NCBI GenBank assembly: GCA_964016885.1
Contig: OZ024757.1
Location: 16,864,001 to 16,928,000, forward strand
Length of the DNA: 64,000 nt
Source: Eledone cirrhosa
Lineage: Eukaryota
Reading direction: 5' to 3'
Shown: positions 33,701-48,700 of the stretch, in pieces
How positions within the stretch are numbered: the first letter of the stretch is position 1
Layout of the letters: each line of letters starts with the position of its first letter
Made by a program: the position numbers and the translations under genes
Notes under the pieces: generated by a model
The model's database searches: none
What the model was told of the DNA's origin: nothing
The model's input: only the letters and a program-made list of their open reading frames with translations

Positions 33701-36700
33701 TTAGCCTATAGGATTGATATGTACTAAACAAGGATTTTCACTCCATACCGTGGGATTGACGAGGGTGTAGCTGACCCTAGGACACTACAATCAAACCATA
33801 CCTTAAAGCCGTTACTTACACCCTTTAACCTTGCACTGTCTAGGGTTTAGCCTATAGGATTTATATGTACTAAACATGGTTTTTCACTCGCTACCCTGGG
33901 ATTGACGAGGGTTTAGCTGACCCTAGGACACTACAAGCAAACCATACCTTAAAGCCGTTACTTACGCCCTCTAACTTTGTGCTCTCTAGGGTTTAGCCTA
34001 TGGGATTTATATGTATTAAACATGGTTTTTCACTCTCTACCCTGGGATTGACGAGGGTATAGCTGGCCCTAGGAAACTACGACCAAACCATACATTAAAG
34101 CCGTCACTTACACCCTCTAGGAGAACCTACAAGTTAACTAAATCCTAAAACCGCCAGGCCGCCTAAACCTTGGTCACTAGAAGCTGAGAGGGCTATAGAT
34201 ACCGTCTCCTATGGCCAGTTAAACACTGGTCAATGCCAGGCTTTTGCGTGTATACGCCCCATATGATCCTATAGAAAGTATACTGTCTAAAACTGCTTCT
34301 TTTGCCCTCTAACTTGGCATTAACTATAGTTTATCTGGAGAACCTACAAGTTAACAACACCCTAAAACAGTTACTTTCGCCCTCTATACTTTTATCTAGC
34401 CATAGGAGATCGTATGGGATTTACATGTACAAAACATGGTTTTCCACTCTCTACCAGGTTTAGCTGGCCCCAGGAGACTACAAGCAAACCATACCTTAAA
34501 GGCGTCACTTACACCCTCTAACCTTGCACTGTCTAGGGTTTAGCCTATAGTATTTATATGTACTAAACATGGTTTTTCACTCTCTACTCTGGGATTGACG
34601 AGGGGTAGCTGGCCCTATGAAACTACAAGCAAACCATACCTTAAAGCCGTCACTTACAGCCTCTATCCTTGCACTGTCTAGGGTTTAGCCTATAGGATTG
34701 ATATGTACTAAACATAGATTTTCACTCTCTACCGTGGGATTGACGAGGGTTGAGCTGACCCTAGGACACTACAATCAAACCATACCTTAAAGCCGTTACT
34801 TTCGCCCTCTAACCTTGCACTCTCTAGGGTTTGGCCTATGGGATTTATATGTACTAAACATGGCTTTTCACTGTCTACCCTGGGATTGACGAGGGTTTAG
34901 CTGGCCCTAGGACACTACAATCAAACCATACCTTAAAGCCGTTACTTACACCCTTTAACCTTGCACTGTCTAGGGTTTAGCCTATAGGATTTATATGTAC
35001 TAAACAAGGATTTTCACTCTCTACCGTGGGATTGACGAGGGTTGAGCTGACCCTAGGCCACTACAATCAAACCATACCTTAAAGCCGTTACTTACACCCT
35101 TTAACCTTGCACTGTCTAGGGTTTAGCCTATAGGATTTATATGTACTAAACAAGGATTTTCACTCTCTACCGTGGGATTGACGAGGGTTGAGCTGACCCT
35201 AGGCCACTACAATCAAACCATACCTTAAAGCCGTTACTTTCGCCCTCTAACCTTGCACTGTCTAGGGTTTAGCCTATAGTATTTATATGTACTAAACATG
35301 GTTTTTCACTCTCTACTCTGGGATTGACGAGGGTTTAGCTGGCCCTATGAAACTACGAGCAAACCATACCTTAAAGCCGTCACTTACACCCTCTATCCTT
35401 GCACTGTCTAGGGTTTAGCCTATAGGATTTATATGTACTAAACATGGATTTTCACTCTCTATCGTGGGATTGACGAGGGTTGAGCTGACCCTAGGACACT
35501 ACAATCAAACCATACCTTAAAGCCGTTACTTACACCCTTTAACCTTGCACTGTCTAGGGTTTAGCCTATAGGATTTATATGTACTAAACAAGGATTTTCA
35601 CTCCATACCCTGGGATTGACGAGGTGGCCTATGGGATTTATATGTACTAAACATGGATTTTCACTCTCTACCGTGGGATTGACGAGGGTTGAGCTGACCC
35701 TAGGACACTACAATCAAACCATACCTTAAAGCCGTTACTTACACCCTCTAACCTTGCACTGTCTAGGGTTTAGCCTATAGGATTGATATGTACTAAACAA
35801 GGATTTTCACTCCATACCGTGGGATTGACGAGGGTTGAGCTGACCCTAGGACACTACAATCAAACCATACCTTAAAGCCGTTACTTACACCCTTTAACCT
35901 TGCACTGTCTAGGGTTTAGGCTATAGGATTTATATGTACTAAATAAGGATTTTCACTCTCTACCGTGGGATTGACGAGGGTTGAGCTGACCCTAGGACAC
36001 TACAATCAAACCATACCTTAAAGCCGTTACTTACACACTTTAACCTTGCACTGTCTAGGGTTTAGCCTATAGGATTTATATGTACTAAACAAGGATTTTC
36101 ACTCTCTACCGTGGGATTGACGAGGGTTGAGCTGACCCTAGGACACTACAATCAAACCATACCTTAAAGCCGTTACTTACACCCTTTAACCTTGCACTGT
36201 CTAGGGTTTAGGCTATAGGATTTATATGTACTAAATAAGGATTTTCACTCTCTACCGTGGGATTGACGAGGGTTGAGCTGACCCTAGGACACTACAATCA
36301 AACCATACCTTAAAGCCGTTACTTACACACTTTAACCTTGCACTGTCTAGGGTTTAGCCTATAGGATTTATATGTACTAAACAAGGATTTTCACTCTCTA
36401 CCGTGGGATTGACGAGGGTTGAGCTGACCCTAGGACACTACAATCAAACCATACCTTAAAGCCGTTACTTACACACTTTAACCTTGCACTGTCTAGGGTT
36501 TAGCCTATAGGATTTATATGTACTAAACAAGGATTTTCACTCTCTACCGTGGGATTGACGAGGGTTGAGCTGACCCTAGGACACTACAATCAAACCATAC
36601 CTTAAAGCCGTTACTTACACCCTTTAACCTTGCACTGTCTAGGGTTTAGGCTATAGGATTTATATGTACTAAATAAGGATTTTCACTCTCTACCGTGGGA

Positions 36701-39700
36701 TTGACGAGGGTTGAGCTGACCCTAGGACACTACAATCAAACCATACCTTAAAGCCGTTACTTACACACTTTAACCTTGCACTGTCTAGGGTTTAGCCTAT
36801 AGGATTTATATGTACTAAACAAGGATTTTCACTCTCTACCGTGGGATTGACGAGGGTTGAGCTGACCCTAGGACACTACAATCAAACCATACCTTAAAGC
36901 CGTTACTTACACCCTTTAACCTTGCACTGTCTAGGGTTTAGCCTATAGGATTTATATGTACTAAACAAGGATTTTCACTCTCTACCGTGGGATTGACGAG
37001 GGTTGAGCTGACCCTAGGACACTACAATCAAACCATACCTTAAAGCCGTTACTTACACCCTCTAACCTTGCACTGTCTAGGGTTTAGCCTATAGGATTGA
37101 TATGTACTAAACAAGGATTTTCACTCCATACCCTGGGATTGACGAGGTGGCCTATGGGATTTATATGTACTAAACATGGATTTTCACTCTCTACCGTGAG
37201 ATTGACGAGGGTTGAGCTGACCCTAGGACACTACAATCAAACCATACCTTAAAGACGTTACTTACACCCTTTAACCTTGCACTGTCTAGGGTTTAGCCTA
37301 TAGGATTTTTATGTACTAAACAAGGATTTTCACTCCATACCCTGCGATTGACGAGGTGGCCTATGGGATTTATATGTACTAAACATGGATTTTCACTCTC
37401 TACCGTGGGATTGACGAGGGTTGAGCTGACCCTAGGACACTACAATCAAACCATACCTTAAAGCCGTTACTTACACCCTCTAACCTTGCACTGTCTAGGG
37501 TTTAGCCTATAGGATTGATATGTACTAAACATGGACTTTGACTCTCTACTGTGGGATTGACGAGGGTTGAGCTGACCCTAGGACACTACAATCAAACCAT
37601 ACCTTAAAGCCGTTACTTACACCCTCTAACCTTGCACTGTCTAGGGTTTAGCCTATAGGATTTATATGTACTAAACAAGGATTTTCACTCTCTACCGTGG
37701 GATTGACGAGGGTTGAGCTGACCCTAGGACACTACAATCAAACCATACCTTAAAGCCGTTACTTACACCCTTTAACCTTGCACTGTCTAGGGTTTAGCCT
37801 ATAGGATTTATATGTACTAAACAAGGATTTTCACTCTCTACCGTGGGATTGACGAGGGTTGAGCTGACCCTAGGACACTACAATCAAACCATACCTTAAA
37901 GCCGTTACTTACACCCTTTAACCTTGCACTGTCTAGGGTTTAGCCTATAGGATTTATATGTACTAAACAAGGATTTTCACTCCATACCCTGGGATTGACG
38001 AGGTGGCCTATGGGATTTATATGTACTAAACATGGATTTTCACTCTCTACCGTGGGATTGACGAGGGTTGAGCTGACCCTAGGACACTACAATCAAACCA
38101 TACCTTAAAGCCGTTACTTACACCCTTTAACCTTGCACTGTCTAGGGTTTAGCCTATAGGATTGATATGTACTAAACATGGATTTTCACTCTCTACTGTG
38201 GGATTGACGAGGGTTGAGCTGACCCTAGGACACTACAATCAAACCATACCTTAAAGCCGTTACTTACCCTTTAACCTTGCACTGTCTAGGGTTTAGCCTA
38301 TAGGATTTATATGTACTAAACAAGGATTTTCACTCTCTACCGTGGGATTGACGAGGGTTGAGCTGACCCTAGGACACTACAATCAAACCATACCTTAAAG
38401 CCGTTACTTACACCCTTTAACCTTGCACTGTCTAGGGTTTAGCCTATAGGATTTATATGTACTAAATAAGGATTTTCACTCTCTACCGTGGGATTGACGA
38501 GGGTTGAGCTGACCCTAGGACACTACAATCAAACCATACCTTAAAGCCGTTACTTACACCCTTTAACCTTGCACTGTCTAGGGTTTAGCCTATAGGATTT
38601 ATATGTACTAAACAAGGATTTTCACTCTCTACCGTGGGATTGACGAGGGTTGAGCTGACCCTAGGACACTACAATCAAACCATACCTTAAAGCCGTTACT
38701 TACACCCTCTAACCTTGCACTGTCTAGGGTTTAGCCTATAGGATTTATATGTACTAAACATGGTTTTTCACTCTCTACTCTGGGATTGACGAGGGTTTAG
38801 CTGGCCCTATGAAACTACGAGTAAACCATACCTTAAAGCCGTTACTTACACCCTCTATCCTTGCACTGTCTAGGGTTTAGCCTATAGGATTTATATGTAC
38901 TAAACATGGATTTTCACTCTCTATCGTGGGATTGACGAGGGTTGAGCTGACCCTAGGACACTACAATCAAACCATACCTTAAAGCCGTTACTTACACCCT
39001 CTAACCTTGCACTGTCTAGGGTTTAGCCTATAGGATTTATATGTACTAAACAAGGATTTTCACTCTCTACCGTGGGATTAACGAGGGTTGAGCTGACCCT
39101 AGGACACTACAATCAAACCATACCTTAAAGCCGTTACTTACACCCTTTAACCTTGCACTGTCTAGGGTTTAGCCTATAGGATTTATATGTACTAAACAAG
39201 GATTTTCACTCTCTACCGTGGGATTGACGAGGGTTGAGCTGACCCTAGGACACTACAATCAAACCATACCTTAAAGCCGTTACTTACACCCTTTAACCTT
39301 GCACTGTCTAGGGTTTAGCCTAGAGGATTTATATGTACTAAACAAGGATTTTCACTCTCTACCGTGGGATTGACGAGGGTTGAGCTGACCCTAGGACACT
39401 ACATCAAACCATACCTTAAAGCCGTTACTTACACCCTTTAACCTTGCACTGTCTAGGGTTTAGCCTATAGGATTTATATGTACTAAACAAGGATTTTCAC
39501 TCCATACCCTGGGATTGACGAGGTGGCCTATGGGATTTATATGTACTAAACATGGATTTTCACTCTCTACCGTGGGATTGACGAGGGTTGAGCTGACCCT
39601 AGGACACTACAATCAAACCATACCTTAAAGCCGTTACTTACACCCTTTAACCTTGCACTGTCTAGGGTTTAGCCTATAGGATTTATATGTACTAAACAAG

Positions 39701-42700
39701 GATTTTCACTCCATACCCTGGGATTGACGAGGTGGCCTATGGGATTTATATGTACTAAACATGGATTTTCACTCTCTACCGTGGGATTGACGAGGGTTGA
39801 GCTGACCCTAGGACACTACAATCAAACCATACCTTAAAGCCGTTACTTACACCCTTTAACCTTGCACTGTCTAGGGTTTAGCCTATAGGATTGATATGTA
39901 CTAAACATGGATTTTCACTCTCTACTGTGGGATTGACGAGGGTTGAGCTGACCCTAGGACACTACAATCAAACCATACCTTAAAGCCGTTACTTACCCTT
40001 TAACCTTGCACTGTCTAGGGTTTAGCCTATAGGATTTATATGTACTAAACAAGGATTTTCACTCTCTACCGTGGGATTGACGAGGGTTGAGCTGACCCTA
40101 GGACACTACAATCAAACCATACCTTAAAGCCGTTACTTACACCCTTTAACCTTGCACTGTCTAGGGTTTAGCCTATAGGATTTATATGTACTAAATAAGG
40201 ATTTTCACTCTCTACCGTGGGATTGACGAGGGTTGAGCTGACCCTAGGACACTACAATCAAACCATACCTTAAAGCCGTTACTTACACCCTTTAACCTTG
40301 CACTGTCTAGGGTTTAGCCTATAGGATTTATATGTACTAAACAAGGATTTTCACTCTCTACCGTGGGATTGACGAGGGTTGAGCTGACCCTAGGACACTA
40401 CAATCAAACCATACCTTAAAGCCGTCACTTACACCCTCTAACCTTGCACTGTCTAGGGTTTAGCCTATAGGATTTATATGTCTTAAACATGGTTTTTCAC
40501 TCTCTACCCTGGGATTGACGAGGGTTTAGCTGGCCCTAGGAAACTACGACCAAACCATACCTTAAAGCCGTTACTTACACCCTCTAACCTTGCACTGTCT
40601 AGGGTTTAGCCTATAGGATTTATATGTACTAAACAAGGATTTTCACTCCATACCCTGGGATTGACGAGGGTTGAGCTGACCCTAGGACACTACAATCAAA
40701 CCATACCTTAAAGCCGTTACTTACACCCTCTAACCTTGCACTGTCTAGGGTTTAGCCTATAGGATTGATATGTACTAAACAAGGATTTTCACTCCATACC
40801 GTGGGATTGACGAGGGTTGAGCTGACCCTAGGACACTACAATCAAACCATACCTTAAAGCCGTTACTTACACCCTTTAACCTTGCACTGTCTAGGGTTTA
40901 GGCTATAGGATTTATATGTACTAAATAAGGATTTTCACTCTCTACCGTGGGATTGACGAGGGTTGAGCTGACCCTAGGACACTACAATCAAACCATACCT
41001 TAAAGCCGTTACTTACACCCTTTAACCTTGCACTGTCTAGGGTTTAGCCTATAGGATTTATATGTACTAAACAAGGATTTTCACTCTCTACCGTGGGATT
41101 GACGAGGGTTGAGCTGACCCTAGGACACTACAATCAAACCATACCTTAAAGCCGTTACTTACACCCTTTAACCTTGCACTGTCTAGGGTTTAGCCTATAG
41201 GATTTATATGTACTAAACAAGGATTTTCACTCTCTACCGTGGGATTGACGAGGGTTGAGCTGACCCTAGGACACTACAATCAAACCATACCTTAAAGACG
41301 TTACTTACACCCTTTAACCTTGCACTGTCTAGGGTTTAGCCTATAGGATTTATATGTACTAAACAAGGAATTTCACTCTCTACCGTGGGATTGACGAGGG
41401 TTGAGCTGACCCTAGGACACTACAATCAAACCATACCTTAAAGCCGTCACTTACACCCTCTAACCTTGCACTGTCTAGGGTTTAGCCTATAGGATTTATA
41501 TGTCTTAAACATGGTTTTTCACTCTCTACCCTGGGATTGACGAGGGTTTAGCTGGCCCTAGGAAACTACGACCAAACCATACCTTAAAGCCGTTACTTAC
41601 ACCCTCTAACCTTGCACTGTCTAGGGTTTAGCCTATAGGATTTATATGTACTAAACAAGGATTTTCACTCCATACCCTGGGATTGACGAGGGTTGAGCTG
41701 ACCCTAGGACACTACAATCAAACCATACCTTAAAGCCGTTACTTACACCCTTTAACCTTGCACTGTCTAGGGTTTAGCCTATGGGATTTATATGTACTAA
41801 ACATGGATTTTCACTCTCTACCGTGGGATTGACGAGGGTTGAGCTGACCCTAGGACACTACAATCAAACCATACCTTAAAGCCGTCACTTACACCCTCTA
41901 ACCTTGCACTGTCTAGGGTTTAGCCTATAGGATTTATATGTCTTAAACATGGTTTTTCACTCTCTACCCTGGGATTGACGAGGGTTTAGCTGGCCCTAGG
42001 AAACTACGACCAAACCATACCTTAAAGCCGTTACTTACACCCTCTAACCTTGCACTGTCTAGGGTTTAGCCTATAGGATTTATATGTACTAAACAAGGAT
42101 TTTCACTCCATACCCTGGGATTGACGAGGGTTGAGCTGACCCTAGGACACTACAATCAAACCATACCTTAAAGCCGTTACTTACACCCTCTAACCTTGCA
42201 CTGTCTAGGGTTTAGCCTATAGGATTGATATGTACTAAACAAGGATTTTCACTCCATACCGTGGGATTGACGAGGGTTGAGCTGACCCTAGGACACTACA
42301 ATCAAACCATACCTTAAAGCCGTTACTTACACCCTTTAACCTTGCACTGTCTAGGGTTTAGCCTATAGGATTTATATGTACTAAACAAGGATTTTCACTC
42401 TCTACCGTGGGATTGACGAGGGTTGAGCTGACCCTAGGACACTACAATCAAACCATACCTTAAAGCCGTTACTTACACCCTCTAACCTTGCACTGTCTAG
42501 GGTTTAGCCTATAGGATTTATATGTACTAAACAAGGATTTTCACTCCATACCGTGGGATTGACGAGGGTTGAGCTGACCCTAGGACACTACAATCAAACC
42601 ATACCTTAAAGCCGTTACTTACACCCTTTAACCTTGCACTGTCTAGGGTTTAGCCTATAGGATTTATATGTACTAAACAAGGATTTTCACTCTCTACCGT

Positions 42701-45700
42701 GGGATTGACGAGGGTTGAGCTGACCCTAGGACACTACAATCAAACCATACCTTAAAGCCGTTACTTACACCCTCTAACCTTGCACTGTCTAGGGTTTAGC
42801 CTATAGGATTTATATGTACTAAACAAGGATTTTCACTCCATACCGTGGGATTGACGAGGGTTGAGCTGACCCTAGGACACTACAATCAAACCATACCTTA
42901 AAGCCGTTACTTACACCCTTTAACCTTGCACTGTCTAGGGTTTAGCCTATAGGATTTATATGTACTAAACAAGGATTTTCACTCCATACCGTGGGATTGA
43001 CGAGGGTTGAGCTGACCCTAGGACACTACAATCAAACCATACCTTAAAGCCGTTACTTACACCCTTTAACCTTGCACTGTCTAGGGTTTAGCCTATAGGA
43101 TTTATATGTACTAAACAAGGATTTTCACTCTCTACCGTGGGATTGACGAGGGTTGAGCTGACCCTAGGACACTACAATCAAACCATACCTTAAAGCCGTT
43201 ACTTACACCCTTTAACCTTGCACTGTCTAGGGTTTAGCCTATAGGATTTATATGTACTAAACAAGGATTTTCACTCTCTACCGTGGGATTGACGAGGGTT
43301 GAGCTGACCCTAGGACACTACAATCAAACCATACCTTAAAGACGTTACTTACACCCTTTAACCTTGCACTGTCTAGGGTTTAGCCTATAGGATTTATATG
43401 TACTAAACAAGGAATTTCACTCTCTACCGTGGGATTGACGAGGGTTGAGCTGACCCTAGGACACTACAATCAAACCATACCTTAAAGCCGTTACTTACAC
43501 CCTTTAACCTTGCACTGTCTAGGGTTTAGCCTATAGGATTTATATGTACTAAACAAGGATTTTCACTCTCTACCGTGGGATTGACGAGGGTTGAGCTGAC
43601 CCTAGGACACTACAATCAAACCATACCTTAAAGCCGTTACTTACACCCTTTAACCTTGCACTGTCTAGGGTTTAGCCTATAGGATTTATATGTACTAAAC
43701 AAGGATTTTCACTCTCTACCGTGGGATTGACGAGGGTTGAGCTGACCCGAGGACACTACAATCAAACCATACCTTAAAGACGTTACTTACACCCTTTAAC
43801 CTTGCACTGTCTAGGGTTTAGCCTATAGGATTTATATGTACTAAACAAGGATTTTCACTCCATACCGTGGGATTGACGAGGGTTGAGCTGACCCTAGGAC
43901 ACTACAATCAAACCATACCTTAAAGCCGTTACTTACACCCTTTAACCTTGCACTGTCTAGGGTTTAGCCTATAGGATTTATATGTACTAAACAAGGATTT
44001 TCACTCCATACCGTGGGATTGACGAGGGTTGAGCTGACCCTAGGACACTACAATCAAACCATACCTTAAAGCCGTTACTTACACCCTTTAACCTTGCACT
44101 GTCTAGGGTTTAGCCTATAGGATTTATATGTACTAAACAAGGATTTTCACTCTCTACCGTGGGATTGACGAGGGTTGAGCTGACCCTAGGACACTACAAT
44201 CAAACCATACCTTAAAGCCGTTACTTACACCCTTTAACCTTGCACTGTCTAGGGTTTAGCCTATAGGATTTATATGTACTAAACAAGGATTTTCACTCTC
44301 TACCGTGGGATTGACGAGGGTTGAGCTGACCCTAGGACACTACAATCAAACCATACCTTAAAGCCGTTACTTACACCCTTTAACCTTGCACTGTCTAGGG
44401 TTTAGCCTATAGGATTTATATGTACTAAACAAGGATTTTCACTCTCTACCGTGGGATTGACGAGGGTTGAGCTGACCCTAGGACACTACAATCAAACCAT
44501 ACCTTAAAGCCGTTACTTACACCCTTTAACCTTGCACTGTCTAGGGTTTAGCCTATAGGATTTATATGTACTAAACAAGGATTTTCACTCTCTACCGTGG
44601 GATTGACGAGGGTTGAGCTGACCCTAGGACACTACAATCAAACCATACCTTAAAGACGTTACTTACACCCTTTAACCTTGCACTGTCTAGGGTTTAGCCT
44701 ATAGGATTTATATGTACTAAACAAGGAATTTCACTCTCTACCGTGGGATTGACGAGGGTTGAGCTGACCCTAGGACACTACAATCAAACCATACCTTAAA
44801 GCCGTTACTTACACCCTTTAACCTTGCACTGTCTAGGGTTTAGCCTATAGGATTTATATGTACTAAACAAGGATTTTCACTCCATACCCTGGGATTGACG
44901 AGGGTTGAGCTGACCCTAGGACACTACAATCAAACCATACCTTAAAGCCGTTACTTACACCCTTTAACCTTGCACTGTCTAGGGTTTAGCCTATGGGATT
45001 TATATGTACTAAACATGGATTTTCACTCTCTACCGTGAGATTGACGAGGGTTGAGCTGACCCTAGCACACTACAATCAAACCATACCTTAAAGACGTTAC
45101 TTACACCCTTTAACCTTGCACTGTCTAGGGTTTAGCCTATAGGATTTTTATGTACAAAACAAGGATTTTCACTCCATACCCTGGGATTGACGAGGTGGCC
45201 TATGGGATTTATATGTACTAAACATGGATTCTCACTCTCTACTGTGGGATTGATGAGGGTTGAGCTGACCCTAGGACACTACAATCAAACCATACCTTAA
45301 AGCCGTTACTTACACCCTCTAACCTTGCACTGTCTAGGGTTTAGCCTATAGGATTGATATGTACTAAACATGGATTTTCACTCTCTACTGTGGGATTGAC
45401 GAGGGTTGAGCTGACCCTAGGACACTACAATCAAACCATACCTTAAAGCCGTTACTTACACCCTCTAACCTTGCACTGTCTAGGGTTTAGCCTATAGGAT
45501 TTATATGTACTAAACAAGGATTTTCACTCTCTACCGTGGGATTGACGAGGGTTGAGCTGACCCTAGGACACTACAATCAAACCATACCTTAAAGCCGTTA
45601 CTTACACCCTTTAACCTTGCACTGTCTAGGGTTTAGCCTATAGGATTTATATGTACTAAACAAGGATTTTCACTCTCTACCGTGGGATTGACGAGGGTTG

Positions 45701-48700
45701 AGCTGACCCTAGGACACTACAATCAAACCATACCTTAAAGCCGTTACTTACACCCTTTAACCTTGCACTGTCTAGGGTTTAGCCTATAGGATTTATATGT
45801 ACTAAACAAGGATTTTCACTCTCTACCGTGGGATTGACGAGGGTTGAGCTGACCCTAGGACACTACAATCAAACCATACCTTAAAGCCGTTACTTACACC
45901 CTTTAACCTTGCACTGTCTAGGGTTTAGCCTATAGGATTTATATGTACTAAACAAGGATTTTCACTCTCTACCGTGGGATTGACGAGGGTTGAGCTGACC
46001 CTAGGACACTACAATCAAACCATACCTTAAAGCCGTTACTTACACCCTTTAACCTTGCACTGTCTAGGGTTTAGCCTATAGGATTTATATGTACTAAACA
46101 AGGATTTTCACTCTCTACCGTGGGATTGACGAGGGTTGAGCTGACCCTAGGACACTACAATCAAACCATACCTTAAAGCCGTTACTTACACCCTTTAACC
46201 TTGCACTGTCTAGGGTTTAGCCTATAGGATTTATATGTACTAAACAAGGATTTTCACTCTCTTCCGTGGGATTGACGAGGGTTGAGCTGACCCTAGGACA
46301 CTACAATCAAACCATACCTTAAAGCCGTTACTTACACCCTCTAACCTTGCACTGTCTAGGGTTTAGCCTATAGGATTTATATGTTCTAAACAAGGATTTT
46401 CACTCCATACCCTGGGATTGACGAGGTGGCCTATGGGATTTATATGTACTAAACATGGATTTTCACTCTCTACCGTGGGATTGACGAGGGTTGAGCTGAC
46501 CCTAGGACACTACAATCAAACCATACCTTAAAGCCGTTACTTACACCCTCTAACCTTGCACTGTCTAGGGTTTAGCCTATAGGATTTATATGTACTAAAC
46601 AAGGATTTTCACTCTCTACCGTGGGATTGACGAGGGTTGAGCTGACCCTAGGACACTACAATCAAACCATACCTTAAAGCCGTTACTTACACCCTTTAAC
46701 CTTGCACTGTCTAGGGTTTAGCCTATAGGATTTATATGTACTAAACAAGGATTTTCACTCTCTACCGTGGGATTGACGAGGGTTGAGCTGACCCTAGGAC
46801 ACTACAATCAAACCATACCTTAAAGCCGTTACTTACACCCTTTAACCTTGCACTGTCTAGGGTTTAGCCTATAGGATTTATATGTACTAAACAAGGATTT
46901 TCACTCTCTACCGTGGGATTGACGAGGGTTGAGCTGACCCTAGGACACTACAATCAAACCATACCTTAAAGCCGTTACTTACACCCTTTAACCTTGCACT
47001 GTCTAGGGTTTAGCCTATAGGATTTATATGTACTAAACATGGTTTTTCACTCGCTACCCTGGGATTGACGAGGGTTTAGCTGACCCTAGGACACTACAAG
47101 CAAACCATACCTTAAAGCCGTTACTTACGCCCTCTAACTTTGTGCTCTCTAGGGTTTAGCCTATGGGATTTATATGTATTAAACATGGTTTTTCACTCTC
47201 TACCCTGGGATTGACGAGGGTATAGCTGGCCCTAGGAAACTACGACCAAACCATACATTAAAGCCGTCACTTACACCCTCTAGGAGAACCTACAAGTTAA
47301 CTAAATCCTAAAACCGCCAGGCCGCCTAAACCTTGGTCACTAGAAGCTGAGAGGGCTATAGATACCGTCTCCTATGGCCAGTTAAACACTGGTCAATGCC
47401 AGGCTTTTGCGTGTATACGCCCCATATGATCCTATAGAAAGTATACTGTCTAAAACTGCTTCTTTTGCCCTCTAACTTGGCATTAACTATAGTTTATCTG
47501 GAGAACCTACAAGTTAACAACACCCTAAAACAGTTACTTTCGCCCTCTATACTTTTATCTAGCCATAGGAGATCGTATGGGATTTACATGTACAAAACAT
47601 GGTTTTCCACTCTCTACCAGGTTTAGCTGGCCCCAGGAGACTACAAGCAAACCATACCTTAAAGGCGTCACTTACACCCTCTAACCTTGCACTGTCTAGG
47701 GTTTAGCCTATAGTATTTATATGTACTAAACATGGTTTTTCACTCTCTACTCTGGGATTGACGAGGGGTAGCTGGCCCTATGAAACTACAAGCAAACCAT
47801 ACCTTAAAGCCGTCACTTACAGCCTCTATCCTTGCACTGTCTAGGGTTTAGCCTATAGGATTGATATGTACTAAACATAGATTTTCACTCTCTACCGTGG
47901 GATTGACGAGGGTTGAGCTGACCCTAGGACACTACAATCAAACCATACCTTAAAGCCGTTACTTTCGCCCTCTAACCTTGCACTCTCTAGGGTTTGGCCT
48001 ATGGGATTTATATGTACTAAACATGGTTTTTCACTGTCTACCCTGGGATTGACGAGGGTTTAGCTGGCCCCAGGAGACAACAAGCAAACCATACCTTAAA
48101 GCCGTCACTTACACCCTCTAACCTTGCACTGTCTAGGGTTTAGCCTATGGGATTTATATGTACTAAACATGGATTTTCACTCTCTACCGTGGGATTGACG
48201 AGGGTTGAGCTGACCCTAGGACACTACAATCAAACCATACCTTAAAGCCGTTACTTACACCCTTTAACCTTGCACTGTCTAGGGTTTAGCCTATAGGAAT
48301 TATATGTACTAAACAAGGATTTTCACTCTCTACCGTGGGATTGACGAGGGTTGAGCTGACCCTAGGCCACTACAATCAAACCATACCTTAAAGCCGTTAC
48401 TTTCGCCCTCTAACCTTGCACTCTCTAGGGTTTGGCCTATAGTATTTATATGTACTAAACATGGTTTTTCACTCTCTACTCTGGGATTGACGAGGGTTTA
48501 GCTGGCCCTATGAAACTACGAGCAAACCATACCTTAAAGCCGTCACTTACACCCTCTATCCTTGCACTGTCTAGGGTTTAGCCTATAGGATTTATATGTA
48601 CTAAACATGGATTTTCACTCTCTATCGTGGGATTGACGAGGGTTGAGCTGACCCTAGGACACTACAATCAAACCATACCTTAAAGCCGTTACTTACACCC

